Below, piece by piece: positions 12,100 through 25,400 of a stretch of 64,000 bases of DNA. Within the stretch, counting starts at the first letter, position 1; every line of letters starts with the position of its first letter. Source of the DNA: Haplodiscus bocki. Taxonomy: Eukaryota. Location: the NCBI GenBank assembly GCA_965655095.1, contig OZ296657.1:61690001-61754000 (forward strand), written 5' to 3'. The notes under the pieces were generated by a model, which saw only the letters and a program-made list of their open reading frames with translations, was not told the DNA's origin and ran no database searches. The position numbers were made by a program, and so were the translations under genes.

Positions 12100-14300
12100 T
12101 GATCATGAAAGACTCTCTGGTTTTTCGATGTACGAGAAGAGCAGCTGGAGAACATTCAGGTCAATTTGCTTTTCGAGGTTCGAAACTTTTTGTCCAAATC
12201 AAGAGTTTTTCACGTCAGATCAGGTTTTTTGGTTCCAGGCAAGTGCCTCGACGACAAGCTCATACGTGTCTGTCCTTCTCCCTAAAGTGACTGTTGATTT
12301 CTCTCTTTCTGTTCCGCTAAAATTTTCACTGTTACACTAGAGCATCGCGGGTTGAGCTTTCTACAAAACTTCTGGGCAATGAGTGCGAGTGGCTCATAGC
12401 TGCTACCGTGAATGATCGTTTCCAGAAATCCATTCTGGCTTTCTGAACTCACAGCTTCCTTAGTGTCCCTTGAATTTGACTGTAGGGTCCTTGAACCGCA
12501 TTTGCGTCGTACAGGTTGTCCAGACTTTGTAAGTCAGGTTTTGTAAACATCTAACAATCGAAGTTTTATTGTCTGCCTCATCATCTTCCACAATGAAATG
12601 TCGGTAAAATTTCTCTTCAATCTCTTGTGATGATACATTCCTATTAGCGTCTCCAGACATCTCGTAGCACATCCTTGGACCTTTTCAGAAGCAATCCAGT
12701 TAAAAATTTTTGCTGGGTTTTAGACTAGGCTGAGCATAATAAGATGAGGGCAGGCTATGGTTTTCTGGAAAGTCCTAAATATTTCAACGTCAAAGTACCG
12801 GAAATCCATCTTGATTAGAGCGAGCGCTGCAAATGGTTTTTTTTCGGTTTGCCGGCAATATGCTCGTTGAAGTTCATGCTTTCAAAAGTAACGATCTTCA
12901 GGCCATTTCCAAATGTCACATTGTTCGAGGTTCTACTATGTAACGTGTGCTGAGAATTTCCAAAAAGTTGCAGCGTCCAAAAGGTATTCTGACAAATTGG
13001 TCGCAGTGGAACTTCAGGAGGATTCTCTAGGAGCTTTCAGCTAGGTTCCTTATGTCTTTTCCCTGGACATCCCTTGATTGTTTGTTATGAATCGTTGAGT
13101 TTTATATAGAAGAACTAGCGAAGATGTATGTTGGGGAAGTAACAACGGGGACTTACAAAATGACACATTTTCGGAGGAAAAACGATTGGCTTTTGCACAG
13201 AACTTAGAGCTATGCCATCAATGACAGCCTCTCATTCCAAAACCACACCACTCACAACAACTCTTTGTTCTCCATGGTTCAGAAAACGTTTGTCATTTAA
13301 GAGTTTTGCCAGTAATACCTTTTTGTTAGTATTATCAATGTCCGATGAGGTACGCCATTGGAAATTTTTGAAAGTCTAGGCAAAAAGTGTCAACTTCTCT
13401 ACCATGATCCAGAGCAAGCGCCAACTCGTCCATCATTTACAATAACTGAAGCGTGGATGATCTACTTTTTACAAAACCACACTGTTTTGCGATATGTTTA
13501 CTCTGGTTCAACAAAAATATAGACAAAGATTTCGGCCGATTGTCCTCTTTATCTTCCAACAGACCGCGGTTAAGTTAAGGGCATGTAGTTGTTTGGGCTA
13601 TTTTTGGAAACCAATTTGAAGATTGCTTCACTGGTTTTTTTGCAGCCAACAGGGATTTGGGCCGTATCGCGAGAAAAATATCAGAAAACGCCGAATTGCT
13701 CGGACAATCTACGATTCATTTGGAAAAAAAACATGAGTACCCGAAAATCTCGGTCCAATCAATTTGTTGACATTTATTTAGTTCACTCAATTCAGGCAGA
13801 ACTGTTTCTTCAGTGAAGCTAGCTCTGATGAAAGTTGAACACTTACCATAAATTTGCTCTCTGAAGGAAAACCAAGTGCGACGGGTTATTTGTACTCCGA
13901 AAGTCATTCGGTCGAAAATCTATCAACATTCAGGCCAACCCCCAAAAAAATGAAGAATTAGCTACAAGCGAAATTTTGTTTCTTTTGAATCTAGAAAGAG
14001 GACCCTAGGAGGAGAGGATAGAATCGCTCAGGCAAAAGCAATATCAAGGTCCACACAAGTTTTTTTCAAAAGCTAAACAAGCGTTATTGAACGCGGAAAA
14101 GGTTGCGGCAGAATCTTCTCTCGTTGTCGCCAGGATACCCGCGGAGACCCTTTGTCCACTGAAACACTTCCAACCGATTTATTGGAAGAAATTTTTTGGG
14201 GTCAACGGCAAGATTGATGACCGGATCTCAGCCACTCTTACCGGTACAATCATATTAGTTCCTGCGAAGATGCAGTCTCCTCGACAACGGGCCAATTAGG
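12100..14300 (-). pseudogene. Decayed Ty3/Gypsy pol relic
   Basis: Minus-strand remnants in Gypsy order: NYMP (~13580, RT), IGH (~13340), EHIAGK (~12850, RNase H end) and MDF (~12800, integrase). Confidence 0.4.
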
Positions 14301-15025
14301 CTATCACTAGTGAGATAGCTAGTCAATCAAACGGGCAAGGGACGAGTTCCCCCAACTAGTAGGATAGACTAAGGGGCCCGACAGCCGAATGGAGCCCAAG
14401 TTTGTGTTTTGTGTAGGATGTCGGTTCTCGGCTCCTATGTTAAAACGTCGGTCAAAGTATTAAGGTTTTTCGCCACTGCCCGAATTTTGCGTTCACTGCA
14501 ATGTAATAAAACATTTTTATCTGGACCTGTGAGACCATCTGCCAGGGTTCGTTCCAAATAAAACTCTTCGCCAATACTCGAAGCACGCCATTGTTTTCGG
14601 ACAGGGTTCAGCCCAAGGTGAACCCACCGGCTTTTTCCCATCCACAGGCTTTTTCGCACCGTGAGACAAGTGCCGATGGTTGACTCCAAAATGAGGTCCA
14701 CCCATGTCCTAATATCAAACACTCCGATGTATTAAGACAAAGGTTTTGTAAAGCGAGAAGAGTTTGCTTCGAACGGAACAGTGAAGTGTCATAGTGTGAG
14801 CAAAACTGGGAGGGGGGAAGTAAGTCTTGAAACTGCGCGGAATGAAGCCGTAAATAAATGGCAGGCAGGGAGGCAACTGCGGGTGTTTTTTTGCCTGATA
14901 ATTTTATATTACGCCCGAGGATAATTCATTAAGCCTGCAGACTTTTTTATGTCTGTGGATACTACTACTACTACTACTTAAATTATGAGTAATCATAAAT
15001 GAATAGACACCAATAACTTAATTAC

Positions 15026-17855
15026 TTACAGATGACAGCAATAGCATTGAATGAAAGAAGCACATGATTTCCTTTCATAGGAATTAAGGAAATAATTCCA
15101 AAAAAGAGATTTCAACAGGGGTTTGACTTTTTCACATGGATCATAGAAAATTACATTATGTTTCATTGAAACGAAGTTCGCAAGTCTCGTTGCTCGATGG
15201 ATGAAATTTGAATCTGTCAGTTTCAGTTTTGTTTTTTGGAGTTTGAAAGGTGGAAAACTAGTTTCGCGGAGGTTTTGTCGAGGTGCTTTAGAAGGCTCTA
15301 TCAGGGACCGAACTTCAGGGCCAAGCTTTCCATTCAGAACCTTGTTGAAGGTTAGTAGATCCTCTAACTGAAACAGAAGAGACAGTGGCAGAATGTTGCT
15401 TTGAATAAGACGCTCTTTATACGTGTCAAATGAAGTTATCCAACGCGTAACTCTACTTTGGAAACTTTCCAACTTTTCCAAACCAGTTCTGTTCGCGAAC
15501 CAGACAGTGGTTCCATATAAAATCAAGGGCCTTATAGAAAGAACATATACTGAAGCTTTCTGACTGGTGGATAGATTATTTGGCAAGTTGCTTTTGATGG
15601 AGATGAATCTATCATGAGCTTTACAAACTTTCGACTTGATATGCTCAGTCCAGGACAGATTATAACAAAAACCTATTCCCAAATCCACAACTGGCTTTCG
15701 AGTAAAAGAATTGTCTTTACCGCCAAAAACACATAGAGGTTGTTCTTTAATGTCCTTTCTCTTCAGTGTGAACCATATTAAACTTGTTTTGCTGAAATTG
15801 AACTGCATTTTATTTTCCAAGGACCACTGACGTAGTCTAAGAAGATCATTCTGAAGCAAGACTGGATCTGTATTGTTGACTTTTGTGTCATCGGCAAAGA
15901 GATAAGCAATAGAGGTTTCAAGCACATCCGGAAGGTCATTAATAAAAACCAAAAACAGCAGAGGCCCAAGCACAGAACCCTGTAGAACTCCACTGTTTAT
16001 AGGCAAATACTCGGAATAGATGTTATTTATGACCGTCCGCTGAGATCGATCTTCTAGATAGGATGATAGAAGTTGCAAAAGTTTCCCACCAATGCCGAAA
16101 TTTTTTAATTTTTCAATTAGCAGGTAATGATTTTATTTATCGAAAGCTTTGCAGAAATCGAAATATAGTGTAAAAACTTCTTCGCCTATGTCAAGAGAGT
16201 CGTGCAGTAACTTTAAATGCAATAGTAGTTGACTAGTTGTTGAGCGGTTCTTCATAAATCCAAGCTGTGAAGAGTTTATTTTCGGTACAATAAATTTATA
16301 TAGGTGCTTGAAAAGAAGCCTCTCAAAGCTCAATGATAGCCTGGAGAGATTGGCAACAGGCCTATAATTGGATATAATGTTCTTTGCCCCTTTTTTATGC
16401 AGAGGCTTTACATCAACTAATTTCCAGTTATCAGGAAATTTCGCTGTTTCCAAGATACTTCTGGTCAAGCCAAGGAAATGCACACTCATTGGAGTTGCAT
16501 ATGTCCGAATGGTTGCGCCTGACATGTTGTCAGAACCCATACCATCACTTGTTTGAAGAAGCGTTTCAATGACTTCTTCAAGTGGGAATTCAATTTCGTT
16601 CAGAACAGAAGGAGGGAAGTCTCTGTATTGTCTATCGCATGGTGTGAACTGACTTATGAAGAAAGTATTGAATTCCTGCGCAATTTCCGAAGGTCCAATA
16701 AACTGGTTATTGTTATGAAACATTTCATTCGGGAACAGATCTTCCATCCGAAGAGATTCGATAAGTTTGTAAATATCGTTCATTTTGGTATTGAAATTGA
16801 GGAAATTTTCGAAGAACAGTTGTGTGTCCAGTTCAATTGACTGCAAAAAGTTTCTCTTAATCACGAGGTACTTTGATTTGACAAACTCTCTTCGCACCAA
16901 GGTTAAAAAGCAATTCATTAGGTGAGTCGTATGTGACGAGAAATAACTTGGTACAGACTGGTGATATAATGTTTTGTTTTTCATATAAACCAGCAATAAT
17001 TGATGCAAATTCCGAAACCAATTCTGTGAAAAGAAAAGATCAGCTGTTGCATCTTTAAAAGAAAAAAAACTGGTTGAAAGATCGAGTTTCAAATACTCAA
17101 GCCTCTCTGGACTCAGGACGAGCGTACTTCTGGAATTACGCATCATACCATCGACCGGAAGTAAATGTTGTGTTGAGAGTGTGAAGTGTAGCAAAGCATG
17201 ATCAGAGTGGTCACAAAACTCTGACTCGATGGAGACAGAAACTTGAAAGTTACAAAGAAAAACGTCCAGGCTTTTCCCAGGCTTGTGAGTAAAAATGTCC
17301 ACATATTGGCTAAAGCCGTTTGTCAAAAGAAAGGAGGATAAAATAGGGTAATTGGGAATATCATGGAATGGTAAAGATGACCAATCAAATCCAGGAAAAT
17401 TGAAGTCGCCAATCAGAATTATTTTGTCGTCAGTTGACCAGGAGTATTGCCGGAGAGATTCTTGAATGAAATTCGTTAGCCGGTCATCAGAGATCCGGTA
17501 TTCACTGCTAATTGGCGGGTTGTATATCAGCAAGAATAGAATACCTTCAATTACTGTAGAGCAACCACAGTCGAACAGAGATGTTAACGTAGTAGACTTG
17601 CTTGGATCCCAACCAAACGCTGCTGTACCACCATGTGTTCCCAAGCTTCTATCGGAACGACAAATTTGAGCTGGAGTGTTGTTGGGGAAAACCACTGAAC
17701 TTGTTTGACTGTCGAACCATGTTTCAGTAACGAACAAGTAGCTACAAGTACTCAACAAAAATTTATTGAAAATTTTTCAGTCGTCTCTCAAGCGATAGAA
17801 GGCCCTGAGAATTTAGGTAAAATAGTTTCAATGATAATTTGCAGAGAGTTGGTTG
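15026..17855 (-). pseudogene. LINE ORF2: AP endonuclease plus reverse transcriptase, with two lesions
   Basis: APE motifs LFYLNSQGL, FVTETW, GDFN and SDH. RT motifs NYRPVA, DFCKAFD, QGSVLGPLLF and FADD. One extra A at ~17775 and an in-frame TAA at 16133-16135. Confidence 0.92.
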
Positions 17856-18698
17856 TCAATCAAGCTTCACCTCAATCTCGCCTGAAGACGTGGATTGGTA
17901 AAGCCTGAACTTGTGTATCCGAAGGTCTTCTTTCCTTATTCCAGAACTCATTAAATCCCATCGTTTTTTCAATACTACTTGTTGTTTTCTCACGTCTGCC
18001 TCTGACCGGCCAGGCGTGATTAGAACACGTGAGTCTTTGTACAATTCCTTTTCAGAAGCCTTTGCTACCAGCGCTCTGGCATCCCAGACAGAATTAAAGG
18101 TAACGAGCAGTTTTCTGGTCCTGCCATCAACAAATTTCCCAATGCGTCTGCATTCCTTAATCGGATATGTACATCCGATTGACGAGCAGACGTTCTCAAC
18201 TTCTTCTTTATCTTTGAACTGACGTTTGATTCGACTTGCTTCATTGTTTTCTGGAATCCCACTTACTCGGACCTCGTATTGGTATTCATCAATAATTTTC
18301 GATGGAGATACCTTTTCTACATTTTGTATTCCTTTTTTAACGGACAGTTCGATAGGCGGAATTTTCGTAATGGAGGTTTGTAAGTCATTGGGAATGGAAC
18401 TTAGCTTTCGAGTTTGTTTGGCCAGTTCCTCGACTGCTTTCGTCTGTGGAAGACAAGAATCGCAGAACCAGCGGCAGTTTGATATTCTCCCCAGCACCCT
18501 GATGTCCTCGGAAGAAAGAGACACGCAGGCGCCATGGAACCATCTGCTGCATTCATCGCACAAGATACAAGGATCCACGTGCTCTGCTATTTCCTCCCCA
18601 CATTGGCCACCTCTTGAGTGCTTTGCTTTGACATCAGAGACACTCGCTTTTGCTCGTTTTGGAGGCATCGAAAGATCTGAAGTTGACTTATTAAACAA
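17856..18698 (-). CDS. LINE ORF1 with N-terminal PHD finger
   Basis: 280-aa open frame with CILCDECSRWFHGACV...WFCDSC (PHD), a coiled-coil-like segment, and VRVSGIPE...RRIGK...RKLLVTF typical of CR1/L2 ORF1. The true start is probably the ATG of MPPK. Confidence 0.88.
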   Translation of the reverse strand: MFNKSTSDLSMPPKRAKASVSDVKAKHSRGGQCGEEIAEHVDPCILCDECSRWFHGACVSLSSEDIRVLGRISNCRWFCDSCLPQTKAVEELAKQTRKLSSIPNDLQTSITKIPPIELSVKKGIQNVEKVSPSKIIDEYQYEVRVSGIPENNEASRIKRQFKDKEEVENVCSSIGCTYPIKECRRIGKFVDGRTRKLLVTFNSVWDARALVAKASEKELYKDSRVLITPGRSEADVRKQQVVLKKRWDLMSSGIRKEDLRIHKFRLYQSTSSGEIEVKLD

Positions 18699-18959
18699 CC
18701 GAATCTATTAAATAAGTTTATCACAACAATTAGGCTAGTTCAGTAAAAAACGGGTAACATTCCGCGGCTGAATGTCTTAAGAAACGATTTTTTGAAAGGT
18801 TAGAAAATTAAAAAAGAGATTATAAAATTCAACGAATAACTGGTATAGACTGCAACTTCACCTTTAAACAGTCAAAAAATGACCAAATAAACACTTTTAA
18901 ACGGGAGTACCTTAAACTCTTGAACTCCTGTAGTTTCTTGTTGACGTTTGTTTAAGAGA

Positions 18960-19580
18960 AGGAAGGCTTCATAAACCGTGTAAAATGGCAGACTCCAGAT
19001 TGCGACTGCAAATGTGCTGTCATCAATTGCTTGGAAAACCGTTTGCTTTCTAAGTTCTGCGAATGTAGACTTAGTCTCACTGCTTGTGGAGTTATATTTT
19101 TTCCTTCATTGTGACAAAAATTTCCGAAATCTGCAGCAAACTCTACAGCAAACTCTGCCCCCTTGTCAACCCACTTTCTTCTGGGTTGATTCGTTTTCGA
19201 AAGCATGGTTGAAATGTTGAAAACGTTTCTACAGTCTCTTTAGAATCTTTTGCTTTCAGTCCTGTTCCAGTTAGTGTTCCATCAAAATGTTGACGAACTA
19301 ATAAAAACTCGACACCACTTTTTTCTTCTGTCAGTTCATCCACAAGAGCAGGATCGATACACCAAAGTTTACTTTTGAACCTAGCAAAAGCTTCCATTCT
19401 GTTAAATTTTCGTATGGCCTAAGTGAACTTTGTGTACGAGGTATTTGAAAGAAAAATTTGTTTCAACTTTGAAACTCGCAAACTGCTAGCCTTCGGTGAA
19501 TATTGCAGAGACCTAAAAGTAGCAACAGCAATCTTGTGTATCTGATTTAGAAAGGGACCCAGCTTCCTATCTTGTTGGCT
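18960..19580 (-). pseudogene. Maverick-type (rve) integrase remnant
   Basis: AFARFKSKLWCIDPALVDEL..GVEFLLVRQHFD..KAKDSKETV and PRRKWVDKGAEF give the D..D motifs of c-integrases. Frameshifted. Confidence 0.75.
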
Positions 19581-20289
19581 TTGGCACTCTGATTCCGAAC
19601 CGTAGTTAGAGCTTTTCCAGCAATGTCAAGTAATTTAAAGTAAATGTCAGGAACATTTGCGTTCTTCTAAATTATGAACAAAGTCCCACAACAATACTCC
19701 AGTTTAAACAACAACCAAAACTGCAACAAGGTTAACTGTCGTTTAACAACAAAACTTGATATGTGGACGAGACAGAGCTTCTTCCAATGAAAAGTACGCT
19801 TTGACAAGCAACTTTTTGCTAAATTTTTTTAACAGTCAATTTGGTAAATGGGATTTCGCTCAGTTAATTTTGGAAGTTTTTGCTGTGGAACTGACTGAGA
19901 AACAAACTTTTGTTGTACAGAGATGCAGCGATGAGCACAATCTGCTCCATATCAAAACAAATAGCTAATGACGGGAGGAGTAAGGACTTTTATTAGTTGC
20001 CAGCCTTTTTTTCGAACGCCAGAACGTCTCTTTCTACTTCCACGTTTTTTAAAAGAGAGAAACTGAACCTCGTTCTGAAATTTTGCAAAGTAATAACTTT
20101 TTATGCCTTTATGATTTCGTTTGAGTAGATTTAGGAAGCATTTCCAGAGAAACCGGAAGAAATCTTCTGCACAAGACTGAAAAAAGTCGTCTTTTCATTC
20201 ACGACGAAAAAAGGTGGAACAATTGGAGACTAAGAATAATGTGTGTGTGTGTTGATTGTCGAAAAACTTCAAATGCAACAGTCGTTACT

Positions 20290-20900
20290 GAACTTAAAAT
20301 TTTGCTGGTTTTGATCCACTGTTTGTGCAATAACGTAAACTAACGTCTGTACGCGGCAACAAATCAATCAATAAAGACCGTAGGGAAAGATGTTGCGTCT
20401 TCATACTAGACAAATAGCTCTGATCGGAGACCCAACATTGCACTTAGCCTGATGGTTTGCATCACATCAAACGGAGATTTCAAGTGATCAGTCTGCGTTT
20501 TTTTGGAGCCCAATGTCAAAAGCTTGTTCACTGTGATGAAACAAGTTGTACTTGGTGTAATTAGTACTCAATATGCGATGTCTTCCAGCATTGGCAAAAT
20601 TGACAGAAACTTTTGATATGCAAATGTTTTACATGAATCGTCATAGATTAACAATTTCTTTGTTCTGTTGTTTTTCAGCGAATCGAAATCTTCAAAGATT
20701 AAACCTTGAACAAACTCCAGATTTTCAACTTCTTCCTGCAAAATATCCCAAAAAGGTCTGTGAATGTAGATGAAGACAGTAATTTTTGTCAATTTTTGGC
20801 TAAAACAATCCATTTTTTGAACAATGGTACTAAATTTGTGGTCCCCCGGTCTCAGATGGACCAACCAATGATAAAAATACGCTGTTGTTTGAAGAGACCA
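20290..20900 (-). pseudogene. A32/FtsK-like DNA packaging ATPase remnant
   Basis: ENLEFVQG..LKNNRTKKLLIYDDSC (Walker B, hhhhDD). Broken frames upstream and downstream are consistent with a Walker A region and GRH/HNLF-type motifs. Confidence 0.7.
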
Positions 20901-21769
20901 CTGTGTTCATAGTCTTAGCGAAGTAAAATGTATACTGCTTCAATACTCAATTTTGCCACCAAAACGATTGGTTCGTCAACAAAATTGAAAAATTAATTGT
21001 CCAAGAGCAACCAAATATCGTGTACAAAAGACAGAAAGTTTAGAGAAAGGGACAATCAAACAACTTGATCAGATTTGTCGCAAAGCACCTCATGATTTTA
21101 TTTTTCGAATGTTGTGGTCAAAGACACTCTTATCTACATTAAATTAAACTTTTTGATCTCTAATCTAGGTTCTTTACTCAATTTCTCATTGATGAAAACT
21201 TGGGAAAAAATGACTAAATGCAAAAAATTTTTACGTAGTCATTAACAATATATAAAAATGAAAATTCAAAACTTGAAGTAATGCATTGCCCAGTTATTAA
21301 ACACTTTTGCCTTTGCCTTTCACTCTGCACAGAGGAAAGTTGTGTTGTGTCGGAAAGGGTAGCTGGAGCACGTCAACGTTCTTTCATTTGCTTTGGGATC
21401 TACAATCTCTTGATACTTGGCACAGTCATGATCATTCAAGTTGTCCTCCTTTTCATCCATATAATTGCATTTTCCTGTCTTCTTTGCAAAATATACTTTA
21501 CATCTTTCTGAAGAATGTTTGGAATGTCACTATTTGCCAAACTTCCAATGTTCCACGCAATGCTCTGCAAAATTCTTCTTCACCAAAGTGTTTGTTTTGT
21601 GGGTTCGTAACTTTTTAGAGGACCAAAAGAGTATCAGTGAGGTTTGACACCAGAAAAAACTCCCAGTTCTGTGAGTTGGTGTCCCTATGGAAGCTCACTA
21701 TCTAGTTTAATGAAAGACAGACTGCTTCAAAAAATTACAGAAATTAGGAACGAATGTACATAAATTTTT

Positions 21770-22440
21770 AAGTAAAGACAAACAGTCGTCCAGTCAGATG
21801 ACAAAAGAAACACGATTTTGGTCCATGTCTAAAATTTTTCAGGTAGCCAGGGCCTTTAGCAGTGTATGAACGCAGTGTTCCAGCAGCATCTTGTAGTATT
21901 GACGGCAGTTTAAAGACTTGCATTCTTCTAATGTCTGATAGTTGATATATTGTCCTGTAGTTCTTTTGTTTTGTTTGAGTTTCGAAATGAAGAGAAAACA
22001 ACGCAACAGAAAATTTTTTGTATCTTTGTCAATACTGTACCCAATCAAGTCTGTGTATATCATGAGATAGTGTTTGCGGACAATGTCATAAGCAAACATT
22101 GGCTTGTGAGCTTGTATCATTTTTCAAAGATCTTTCGAATTCATTGCCAACCTTGCTTCCAAAATGTGACCCAGGAGCTTTTGAACAAATTCAAGACCCG
22201 ATCGTTCATATGCGAGGTATATCCTAACGACTTCCGTTTTTTCGAAAATTTTCCACTGCAAAACACGTTACTTTATGATTGTGTCTCTCTTGAATGAGCG
22301 CGTTCATGGCCTCCACAATATCCGTAACGGAGTGATAGAGGCCAGATAGTTCCAGATAGTAAACACTCTGAGAAGTCTGAAAGTTTCGTGTTGAGCTTTT
22401 TTTGGTACAAGGATGGGTTGGAAATTTCCGAAAATGCAAC
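21770..22440 (-). pseudogene. Maverick putative minor capsid (penton-like) ORF remnant
   Basis: YYLELSGLYHSVTDIVEAMN and YDIVRKHYLMIYTDLIGYSI.DTK.LLRCF motifs, recalled from Polinton minor capsid proteins. Confidence 0.5.
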
Positions 22441-25400
22441 CTCCCATTACCCCTCTAGATTAAGTCGCTTTAGTAAAAATTCGTCAAAATTCGTATGAAG
22501 GCATTTTAAATACTTTGAGGTGACAATATATGAAGAACAAGTTTGACTGCCCATTAACAGGGCATCCACCAAATTAAAGCCTTTGATCCATTTCGCGTTT
22601 GCCGAATGTAGCTCAAAAACACGCCAATGTAGCTCAAAAAATAGGCTCGTTAAAAAAAAGCGTCTAGTACTCTTTCCTTTTCAGCTGCTTTCTTGATTCT
22701 TTTAGATGTATGTTCTTTCGGTAGCGGTATACGACAATTTTTAACTTGTCTGTATCAGTCTGTTAGTATACGCCCACTTTTCACCTACCATCGTACAATG
22801 TCTAATCTAAACAATGTTATCGCTTGAGCCAGTTTTTCCCATGTCCGGCAATTGTTGCATTTGTACTACATTTGGTGTAATTTTTTTGCAAGACTTTCTG
22901 AGTTTTTCAGGGAAAACAAGGTAAAGTCTCTATTGTGCTTTCAACATTTGAGGAAAAACTCCCTTATCTCTAAGGTTCTAGCTCATTTTGACTCGAAATG
23001 GTAAATATTGATTGAGAAGGAAAAGTTGCAAACTAACTTGACAAGACATTAGAAAAATGTTGATTAGTAATAAAAAAAATATTACAAAGAATAATTAACG
23101 TCAAGCTAAGATACAAACTCATGAAGTTCATAATTGACATAGACAGCTGGATGAAACTTTTTCACTTCTTTCTTTCGTGAGAAAAAATCCCACCTGAGGA
23201 TAGAAACTCCGTGACTTGTCTACATTGTACCGCAGTAGAGTCACACAAATCATTCAATTGATTAGGTCCACAACGTCAACAACTTTATGAACAAACTCAA
23301 GTTGTTCCTTTATGTATTTAGATTTCGTTGTTCTCTAAATTTGAGGCCGCTGCAACAACCAGTTGAGTCTTCCATCATGAAAACTGGTTGAAATTTGACT
23401 CTCTCATTGTGTTCTTTTGGACAAGGTGAAAATTTCTATTGTCACTTTTCTTGAAAACTTTGAGATATACATCCAACCGGTGGGATTTCTTTTGGACCAG
23501 AAAAACTAACAAAATTAGTCTCGGCACTTTCCGAAGCCAAGAAACTCGGATCGAGCGAACTTGCCTGAGAAAGCAGTTTTGTTGTCAGTGATGGTGTTTG
23601 GTCATTGAAGTAGAACACTGGTGGCTAGAAAAGTGATCCATTTTACGCAGCAGGCTGAAAAAATGACTTTGCTATTTGAATTTGTTCCTCTTGGTGGAAA
23701 TCCTTTATGGTCATTGTAACAGGATGTTTCCTTATTTGTTCATTGTTACATGATCTTTTTGAATAAGTAGATTCTTTTTTGGCATTGTCACAGCATATGG
23801 ACATTTTCAGTACTCTTGTGCAATACAAGTGAAACTTTGTTTCTCAAACTCATTTGTTCACAAAACGTTTTAACAATCGAACGGCAGCTGTAATGTTACA
23901 TGTGATACCCATCTTTTATGCAAACTGTTATAAAAACAGACCCTTTGTTTCTGCAAACACACACGGGTGTTACTTTTTTGTAAGAACTACTGTATTGGCG
24001 ACTACAATGACAAACTGTGCCTTTTACCCATTGGCAGACATCACCTCCTACTAATAAATGACATTGATGAGTTGCTACAGACTTTAGACGCCTCTTTCAT
24101 ATACCAATATGTGGATTGTCTCTAACCATTCATCAAGTACCGATTAAGTGAGAAAATGGTTGCCGAGAGCGGAAACGTGTTTGATAATGTGCAAAGACCA
24201 GTTAACTTTAAACAAGAAAACAGAGGAGTCAGCAAAACGCCCAGCATTGCAAAAATAGGACCCTTAAGAAAAAAAAGTACATAAATCTCTCAATGAGCTC
24301 CTTCCAATAAACAAAATCAACGCAAACCACTGGATCAAAATTTTGAGAAAGAAAACACCAGGTTATGACATTTATAATTGATTTGGTTTTTTTTGAAAAT
24401 TGTAGACTGTTTTTTAGACGGTTATGGTAAATATGATGAATTTATAACTTCTTTTGGAATGAAACTTTTAAAAACCAACCAAATTTTGCAAAGCGAGGAG
24501 ATATGTAATAGTCAATTAGTAGTGAAAATGGAACAGCCATAACACCTATCAACGAACACAAAGCAAAAAGGAAACCAATAGTTAACCAGACTCCCGCGTT
24601 TAGCAGGGTAATAACAATGAACAATCTATCCATTCCTCTTTTTGTTTACGCGTTTTTGTTTTTGTTTAGTACTTAAACTACAACTGATATCGTCCGATAT
24701 CCAATCTAATTAACTCACAAAATCTCTGTTCTCGTCAGTTTGTTTGAATTGCTCTAGTTTTTTTGTAACCTTGCGAAACTAGAGGAGAATATGGATGGAA
24801 TTTTTTTTGAAATAATCGTTCCGAAGTGTCGTTTTTTTGAGGAACACTGTTGATCTGGCAGAGATTTTGCTCCACACGGTTTTATTTAGAAGGCTTTGAT
24901 AAATTTCTAAAACCCAAAAAGGATTTTTAACCACTCTGCTAAAGGACTTGATTTCTTTGGCTTCACCAGCTACTTAAACCCTACTTCAAAACGAACAGTG
25001 TCTTCAATTTTCTCATTTCACAGCAAATTTTTTGATTCTGACCAAAGGAGTGATCGTTTAGCAAAAACCTGGAAAACAATTTAAAAACAAGAAACTGCAT
25101 CAACTTTCTTATAACCCGTCCAATTCTGACAACAAACTTTTGAAAAGTGTGATTTTTTGAATTGAAAGTTTTACAACATGTCTGATTTTGAAATAAATTT
25201 TTATGCAAAAGTCAGATTTTGGTCAAAATTTTGCATTCAGAAAAACACATTTTGAAAGAATTTAACCCGTTAAAACGACAGTTTTAGCATTTTGTGTGCA
25301 TTCTTAAAATACGCAAGAAAAAAAACAAATTTTTGATTTTAGAAAACTTCTCAACGTGTCGCTTTTTTTGAGAAAAAAATTCAAATTGTCAGATATTTGA

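Larger units (their letters stand above)
14961..18945 (-). mobile_element. Near full-length CR1-group non-LTR retrotransposon (LINE)
   Basis: PHD-finger ORF1, APE-RT ORF2, short 3'UTR and a (TAG)n simple-repeat tail at 14961-14978. The 5' limit is approximate and abuts the Maverick integrase relic. Confidence 0.9.

Noticed and set aside
17911-18711. Plus-strand ORFs of 103 and 161 aa, and similar overlaps across the pogo and Gypsy genes
   Set aside because: They are antisense shadows of real TE coding frames.
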